A stretch of 64,000 nucleotides of DNA, taken from contig CASLVD010000002.1 of NCBI GenBank assembly GCA_949398305.1, positions 2,942 to 66,941 on the forward strand, written 5' to 3'. This DNA comes from an uncultured Candidatus Melainabacteria bacterium (lineage in GTDB: Bacteria; Cyanobacteriota; Vampirovibrionia; Gastranaerophilales; Gastranaerophilaceae). Position numbers and translations under genes: made by a program. This document shows positions 58,784 through 64,000 of the stretch, in pieces. The notes under the pieces are model-generated. The model was not told where the DNA came from. It did no database searches and worked only from the letters and a program-made list of their open reading frames with translations. The first letter of the stretch is position 1; every line of letters begins with the position of its first letter.

Positions 58784-59803
58784 ATGGCAGGGAAAGAATC
58801 ACCGGCAGTAAATGTTAGCGATGAAAGAAATAAGGCGCTAAAGTTAGCTATTGAAAAAATTGAAAAAGACTTTGGTAAAGGTTCAATAATGAAGCTCGGT
58901 GATAAAACTACGGTAAATGTTGATGCTATCCCGACCGGCGCTCTGTCATTAGATGTTGCTCTTGGTATCGGCGGTATTCCGCGCGGTCGTATTATCGAAA
59001 TTTATGGTCCTGAATCTTCAGGTAAAACAACTTTAGCCCAGCATATTGTTGCTGAATGTCAGAAAAAAGGCGGTATTGCAGCATTTGTTGATGCTGAGCA
59101 TGCTTTAGACCCTGAATATGCGCGTGCACTTGGTGTTCAGGTTGATGATTTACTAATTTCTCAGCCGGATACAGGTGAACAAGCTTTAGATATTACAGAA
59201 GAACTTGTTCGTTCAGGTGCTGTTGATATTGTTGTTGTTGACTCTGTTGCAGCTCTTGTTCCAAAAGCTGAAATCGAAGGTTCTATGGAAGATCAGCAAA
59301 TGGGCTTGCAAGCTCGTTTGATGTCAAAAGCTTTGAGAAAATTAACCGGTATTATCGGTAAAACAAATACTACAGTTATTTTTATCAACCAATTACGTAT
59401 GAAAATAGGTGTTATGTATGGTAATCCTGAAACTACAACAGGTGGTAATGCTTTAAAATATTATGCTTCTGTTCGTATGGAAATCAGACGTACTGAAGGA
59501 CTTAAAGGTGATGACGGAGATATTGGAAACCACGTTAGAGTGCGTGTTTTGAAAAACAAAGTTGCTCCACCGTTTAGAACTGCTGAATTTGATATTGTAT
59601 TCGGTAAAGGTATTTCAAAAATCGGTAATATTTTAGATGTTGCGGTTAACCTTGATATTGTTAAAAAAGCCGGAGCATGGTTTAGCTATAATGAAGAAAA
59701 ACTAGGACAAGGCAGAGAAAAAGCTAAGGAATTCTTAGAACAAAATCCTGAAATCTTAGCTGAAGTTGAAACTCTTGTTCGTGAAAAATTGGCTCAAGGT
59801 TAA
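58784..59803 (+). CDS. recA: Recombinase RecA
   Basis: Walker [10 protein letters not shown] and [32 protein letters not shown]. Confidence 0.98.
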   Translation: MAGKESPAVNVSDERNKALKLAIEKIEKDFGKGSIMKLGDKTTVNVDAIPTGALSLDVALGIGGIPRGRIIEIYGPESSGKTTLAQHIVAECQKKGGIAAFVDAEHALDPEYARALGVQVDDLLISQPDTGEQALDITEELVRSGAVDIVVVDSVAALVPKAEIEGSMEDQQMGLQARLMSKALRKLTGIIGKTNTTVIFINQLRMKIGVMYGNPETTTGGNALKYYASVRMEIRRTEGLKGDDGDIGNHVRVRVLKNKVAPPFRTAEFDIVFGKGISKIGNILDVAVNLDIVKKAGAWFSYNEEKLGQGREKAKEFLEQNPEILAEVETLVREKLAQG

Positions 59804-59948
59804 TTTTGTAAAGTTTTGTATATGCCTCAAGGGATTTAAACCCTTTATTTGCATAGCTTTTTAGCTTTTGTGTTAAAATTTTTTTACACACTAGCAAATT
59901 TAATCATGTTTATATTTAACATAAAAAGAAATCAATCAGGAGGCAAAT

Positions 59949-60902
59949 ATGCAAATTAGTCAGATTAATAATTTCAGAATGAGTTCATCAAGACCTCTTG
60001 CAAAAGCTAATTCAACAAAACCTGCTATGCAAGATGTTGCTTTTACCGGTGATGATAAGAAAAAAAGTTCACGTGCAATGCGTGCGGCAAGAGATTTAGC
60101 AATCGCATCTATGTTTTTAGCGCCGGTTGCAACTTCTTTAACAAGCTGTGATAAAGATGATTACGGTTATGTAAGAGCAGAAGCTCATGCTTGGAGTGGA
60201 ATCGGAAGCTATATTGATTCTACAGCATGTAATCATCCTACCGATACTATTATTAAATGGTGGTACGGATATCAAAGACCGTTACCTTTAGATTCTTTGT
60301 TAAATAACATGGGTAATTGGGGTATTGATGGTGCTGATGGCGATATGAATGATTCAACATCTAGAAGAAATATTGTTCACTACGAGGGTGTTCGAGAATG
60401 GGAATACGGTTCCAGAGAAATTGGTGACATGAATATCGGTGAATCTTCAAAACATATTTTAGTTTATGATACTGAAATTAAAGATTATAAAGGTGCTCAC
60501 GAATCTTATGGTAAAAGAGTCCTAAGATTCCCTTCAGGAAGTTTTACAATTAAAAAAGAAGACGGAACTGTTTTAAGAGCTCCAAAAGGGCTATTTGTTG
60601 AAGAATATGAAAATGAATTTGATGAAAAGAACGGTTCAATTTTAGATTGTAAAATTAAATCAAGAGCATTTGTACAAACAAATGGTGATACTTTAAATGT
60701 TGCAAGACGAAAGGGAACTTCCGAATTTGTTGAGACTGGAAAAGTTGCAAAAGGTTATCTTGGCGCAAATTCAATTCTGTTGAAAAACTTAATTGGTGAA
60801 TATCCAACAGATGATCATTTCGTAGATTTCAAGGTTGAAGCAGTAAACGATAATGAACTACGTAAAAGATACGTTGAATATATGGATAAAAAAGAAGACT
60901 AA
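59949..60902 (+). CDS. Hypothetical lipoprotein-like protein
   Basis: 317 aa with a hydrophobic segment ending in the lipobox-like LTSC. The N-terminus is MQISQINNFRM...DVAFTG. SD is AGGAGG. Confidence 0.55.
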   Translation: MQISQINNFRMSSSRPLAKANSTKPAMQDVAFTGDDKKKSSRAMRAARDLAIASMFLAPVATSLTSCDKDDYGYVRAEAHAWSGIGSYIDSTACNHPTDTIIKWWYGYQRPLPLDSLLNNMGNWGIDGADGDMNDSTSRRNIVHYEGVREWEYGSREIGDMNIGESSKHILVYDTEIKDYKGAHESYGKRVLRFPSGSFTIKKEDGTVLRAPKGLFVEEYENEFDEKNGSILDCKIKSRAFVQTNGDTLNVARRKGTSEFVETGKVAKGYLGANSILLKNLIGEYPTDDHFVDFKVEAVNDNELRKRYVEYMDKKED

Positions 60903-60933
60903 AAGATAAGGCAATATTGATTAAACTCGAGAT

Positions 60934-60964
60934 AAAAAGACCTCTTTTTAAGAGGTCTTTTTAT
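60934..60964 (+). terminator. Rho-independent terminator
   Basis: AAAAAGACCTCTT / AAGAGGTCTTTTT hairpin. Confidence 0.75.
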
Positions 60965-60990
60965 GTTGTTTTACATAATAATTATTATAT

Positions 60991-61221
60991 GCAGGGGCAT
61001 ATGCAGCCCCTGACCCTGCACCAGCAATTCTTTTTCTTTGTTGCGAGGCAAAGAAAAAGAATTCTGGACAAGAAAAAGAAACCCGCTGCCTATATACGGG
61101 TAGTAAATTCAACCCTAAGCGTGTAAACTCACTAATCTGTCATTCCGGACTCGATCCGGAATCTATTCATTTGTCCGTTCAAACAATACACGCTTCGTTA
61201 TTGTTTCATTAACTACCCGTA
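60991..61221. repeat. Cluster of nested palindromic elements (MITE-like or structured RNA)
   Basis: Hairpins: CAGGGGC 60992-60998/GCCCCTG 61006-61012, and 19-20-bp arms 61021-61040/61049-61067. A three-tier palindrome follows: TACGGGTAGT 61095-61104/ACTACCCGTA 61212-61221, AAGCGTGTA 61117-61125/TACACGCTT 61187-61195, ATTCCGG 61142-61148/CCGGAAT 61156-61162. Confidence 0.7.
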
Positions 61222-61271
61222 ATCATGTTGCAAAGTATAAATATCTTTTAGATATTTACCCCTAATAATTA

Positions 61272-61634
61272 TTATGTTTCGATTTTGGAATTTAAAATTT
61301 CTAATATGTGTTTTAGTCTTTGTTTATCGTGTGTATGCCACCAGCCTATAAGTGTTTCAAATGCAGTTGCCTGACGGTATTCTGATTGCATATTTCGTCT
61401 GCCGACAGGTATAGGAAGATTTCTTGCACGGCGTGTTAATTCAATTTCTTCTTCTGTTAAATTTGATTCCAAAAAATGTAAAAGTTCGCATTGAGTTGAT
61501 GTTTTCACAAGATTAGTTGTAATTTGGTGAAGCTTTTTTGAATTATTTGTAATACGAATAGTTTTTTCGCGTATGAAAATTTCCCATACCGCGTCACCTA
61601 AATATGCATAATTTCTTAAATTAATTTCTTCCAT
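61272..61634 (-). CDS. mrnC: Mini-ribonuclease 3
   Basis: AYLGDAVWEIFIRE, ELTRRARN and ATAFETLIGW boxes. 120 aa. Confidence 0.85.
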   Translation of the reverse strand: MEEINLRNYAYLGDAVWEIFIREKTIRITNNSKKLHQITTNLVKTSTQCELLHFLESNLTEEEIELTRRARNLPIPVGRRNMQSEYRQATAFETLIGWWHTHDKQRLKHILEILNSKIET

Positions 61635-61731
61635 ATGCTGATTTTACTACAAATTTTTTTTAATTACACTAAGCAGAGGATGGAATTTAATTTTTTGCAT
61701 TATAATATTGTATGGTTAATTGAGAGAAAAT

Positions 61732-61821
61732 ATGAAAAAGATTTTAATAATTTTGGGAATATTAGTTTGTGTAAACCTGCTTATTATGACAATTAGCAGA
61801 GCTTTTGCAGCTTCAATTTAG
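61732..61821 (+). CDS. 29-codon signal-peptide-like small ORF (MKKILIILGILVCVNLLIMTISRAFAASI)
   Basis: It is not in the ORF track. Its TAG stop overlaps the TAGGAG SD of the next gene. Coding status is uncertain. Confidence 0.3.
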   Translation: MKKILIILGILVCVNLLIMTISRAFAASI

Positions 61822-61829
61822 GAGAAAAA

Positions 61830-62312
61830 ATGAAAAAACTATTACTTTTAACGGCTTTAATACTTTTTGGTACAATAGTTTTTGCTGAAGTTAACATGCC
61901 GTCAGCACCGACTTACGCACCATCACGCTCAGTATCAACCCCGTCATCATATAAAAAGACAGTACCTAATAACAAAATAACAACTCCGGCGGCAGTATCA
62001 GGAACTAAACTTACTGACCAGGATAAAAAAGAATTTTATGATAATTTCATACCATCAATGTTTTCATCATTGGAACAAAGTTTGTTATCAAAAGGATTTA
62101 CTCAAAGTAGTGTTGGAAAATATATCGGAACATTGAAATCCCGAATGAATCGTACAAGTTTTGAAAATGCAACTTGGGCTTGTATTTCAAAGTATACTCT
62201 GGAAACTTTAGATGCTAATGCTGAAAGTATTACTGATGAATGTTTTGGTAGTTGGCTGAATAAATTTTTTATTAATGATAATAAAGATTTAATGAATTTA
62301 TTACAAAAATAA
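61830..62312 (+). CDS. Hypothetical secreted protein
   Basis: 160 aa with a signal peptide (TIVFA-EV). SD is AGGAG. Confidence 0.55.
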   Translation: MKKLLLLTALILFGTIVFAEVNMPSAPTYAPSRSVSTPSSYKKTVPNNKITTPAAVSGTKLTDQDKKEFYDNFIPSMFSSLEQSLLSKGFTQSSVGKYIGTLKSRMNRTSFENATWACISKYTLETLDANAESITDECFGSWLNKFFINDNKDLMNLLQK

Positions 62313-62313
62313 A

Positions 62314-62355
62314 ATAACAAGAGCTCTATAATCAATATAGAGCTCTTGTTTTATT
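62314..62355. terminator. Bidirectional terminator between convergent genes
   Basis: 15-bp stem AACAAGAGCTCTATA (62316-62330) / TATAGAGCTCTTGTT (62336-62350). Confidence 0.75.
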
Positions 62356-62367
62356 AATATCTTAAAC

Positions 62368-63831
62368 TTAGATATTTGCTAATTTTTTATAAAAATCATT
62401 AGCCTGTTCAAATTTATAAGCAAAATTGAACAATTTAGTTTCTTGAAGTTGTGGAGCAAGAATTTGTAAGCCGATTGGCATACCTGAATTGTCAAATCCT
62501 GCCGGAACACTGATACCAGGTAATCCTGCAAGGTTACAGCTAATTGTTGCAATATCTGTCAAATACATTGCCAGCGGATCAGATGATTTTGCACCAAGTT
62601 CAAATGCTGTATTAGGGCAAGTTGGTGAAATAAGTACATCAACTTGTTTAAATGCTTCGCTAAATTCTTCTGTTACAAGTGCTCTCATTTGCTGTGCTTT
62701 TTTGTAGTAAGCATCATAATAGCCTGATGATAGAGCGTATGTACCAAGCATTATACGGCGTTTAACTTCCGGACCGAAACCTTCTGCTCTTGTTTTTGTG
62801 TACATTTCAAGTAAGTTTTCAGGGTTTGCTGTTCTGTAGCCGTATTTTACCCCGTCAAATCTTGCTAAGTTTGATGAACATTCGGCAGTTGCTAAGATGT
62901 AGTATATTCCGATTGAATATTTTAGTTTTTTCAATGAAATTTCAACAATTTCACAGCCTAATTTTTTATATGTTTCGATAGCATTTTGAAGTGCTTGCTG
63001 AACTTCAGGTGTCAAACCTTCTTCCATAAGTTCTTTAATTACGCCGACTTTTTTACCTTTGATATCGCCGTTTAAGCCTTGTGCATAGTGTTCAACTGGT
63101 AAATCTAAAGATGTTGAATCTTTAGGGTCGTGACCTGAAATAACTTCAAGTAAATTTGCGGCATCTTCAACAGTTCTTGCAAATGGTCCAATCTGGTCTA
63201 AAGATGACGCGAATGCAATTAAACCGTAGCGTGAAACTCTTCCGTATGTAGGTTTCATACCGACAATACCGCAGAAGCTTGCAGGTAAACGGATTGAACC
63301 GCCGGTATCAGAACCAAGTGCTAAAGTTGCTTCGCAAGAAGCTACACTTGCTGCTGAACCGCCTGATGAACCGCCTGGAACTTTATTTAAATCCCAAGGG
63401 TTGTGAACTTTGTTAAATGCAGAGTTTTCGTTTGATGAACCCATTGCAAATTCGTCTAAGTTAGCTTTACCAACGATTGGAACAAGATTTCCTAATAGTT
63501 TTTCGGTAACGGTTGCGTTGTATGGAGAAACAAAGTTTTCCAAAATCTTAGAGGATGCGGTTGTTTTTGAACCGATTAAATTCATATTATCTTTCAAGGC
63601 AAGCGGAATACCGGCAAGAAGCGGTAATTCTTCACCTTTAGCGATTTTTTCATCAACTTTTTTAGCAGTTTCCATTGCGGTGTCTTTTGTTAATGAATTG
63701 AATGCGCCAAGTTTATCTTCTACAGAATTTATTCTGTCAAACGCTGCCTGAGTTAATTCAACAGCGGAAATTTCTTTATTTTTTAAAGCTCTGCTTTGTT
63801 CTGTTGCAGATTTTTTTAACAGCTCGTTCAT
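62368..63831 (-). CDS. gatA: Glutamyl-tRNA(Gln)/aspartyl-tRNA(Asn) amidotransferase subunit A
   Basis: Amidase signature GGSSGGSAASVA...GSDTGGSIRLPA. 487 aa. Confidence 0.95.
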   Translation of the reverse strand: MNELLKKSATEQSRALKNKEISAVELTQAAFDRINSVEDKLGAFNSLTKDTAMETAKKVDEKIAKGEELPLLAGIPLALKDNMNLIGSKTTASSKILENFVSPYNATVTEKLLGNLVPIVGKANLDEFAMGSSNENSAFNKVHNPWDLNKVPGGSSGGSAASVASCEATLALGSDTGGSIRLPASFCGIVGMKPTYGRVSRYGLIAFASSLDQIGPFARTVEDAANLLEVISGHDPKDSTSLDLPVEHYAQGLNGDIKGKKVGVIKELMEEGLTPEVQQALQNAIETYKKLGCEIVEISLKKLKYSIGIYYILATAECSSNLARFDGVKYGYRTANPENLLEMYTKTRAEGFGPEVKRRIMLGTYALSSGYYDAYYKKAQQMRALVTEEFSEAFKQVDVLISPTCPNTAFELGAKSSDPLAMYLTDIATISCNLAGLPGISVPAGFDNSGMPIGLQILAPQLQETKLFNFAYKFEQANDFYKKLANI

Positions 63832-63897
63832 AATATCTCCTTAAGGCTAATTCTCAAGAAAATTATATGACAAACACAGTTTTCAAGCAAGTGAACT

Positions 63898-63999
63898 CTA
63901 TATGGTTTTACCCAGTGATTTTGTGATTTTTGAATGGATAATGTTTGCCTGGTTTAGATATTCTGTTAATTTTTCATAATTTTGAACTTTTTCGCCGTA
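63898..63999 (-). CDS. 3' end of an unidentified CDS (5' end outside window)
   Basis: Minus-strand frame is open from the window edge (...YGEKVQNYEKLTEYLNQANIIHSKITKSLGKTI) to the stop at 63898-63900. It does not look like GatC. Confidence 0.3.
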   Translation of the reverse strand, partial: YGEKVQNYEKLTEYLNQANIIHSKITKSLGKTI

Positions 64000-64000
64000 C

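Noticed and set aside
60917-61126. 69-aa ORF in the track
   Set aside because: It begins inside a terminator hairpin and runs through the palindrome cluster. The peptide is an artefact of translating the repeats.
1-64000. CRISPR arrays, rRNA genes, tRNA genes, transposase or integrase genes
   Set aside because: I found no regularly spaced direct repeats, no rRNA-like segments, no convincing cloverleaf, and no ORF with recombinase or transposase motifs. This absence is by eye only. tRNAscan-SE, Infernal and ISEScan should confirm it.

Overview
64-kb low-GC chromosomal segment, almost certainly from a non-photosynthetic relative of cyanobacteria (Melainabacteria/Vampirovibrionia-like). The basis is that rpoB is followed by a split rpoC (rpoC1 569 aa, rpoC2 1283 aa) and that rpoC2 carries a very large insertion in the trigger-loop region. 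Content from left to right: (1) 1-8.4 kb, a visibly more AT-rich accessory block. It holds a partial ATPase, a PD-(D/E)XK nuclease, a WG-repeat/HTH protein, a WYL regulator and a translationally coupled trio (two PLD-fold proteins with HxR...D motifs plus a 594-aa helical protein). The block ends in a phased CCTGTTA repeat array and a GC-rich structured element whose tail matches the canonical tmRNA 3' terminus. (2) 8.4-19.5 kb, two efflux loci: TetR-OMF-HlyD-YbhFSR-like ABC, and OMF/MarR-EmrA-EmrB. The first carries two inverted copies of a 50-nt GC-rich element translated in-frame. (3) 19.5-26.6 kb, a redox/cofactor cluster with an AraC regulator, Bcp and a metallophosphatase. (4) 26.7-39.4 kb, a surface-glycan locus: three DUF115-type domains, HAD proteins, two cytidylyltransferases, an HMGL-type aldolase, a Stealth phosphotransferase, GalE and an MsbA-like exporter. 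It contains two poly-G cassettes at gene junctions. (5) 39.5 kb, a self-contained 28-codon Met-rich small ORF with promoter, SD, terminator and an alternative antiterminator pairing. (6) 39.7-45.7 kb, miscellaneous genes including three tandem small secreted paralogs. (7) 46-64 kb, core genes: rpoB-rpoC1-rpoC2, thrC, hom, rpmB, recA, mrnC, gatA. I saw no rRNA, convincing tRNA, CRISPR array, transposase or integrase. The best candidate for an undescribed system is the WYL-led PLD-pair operon at 2951-7817.
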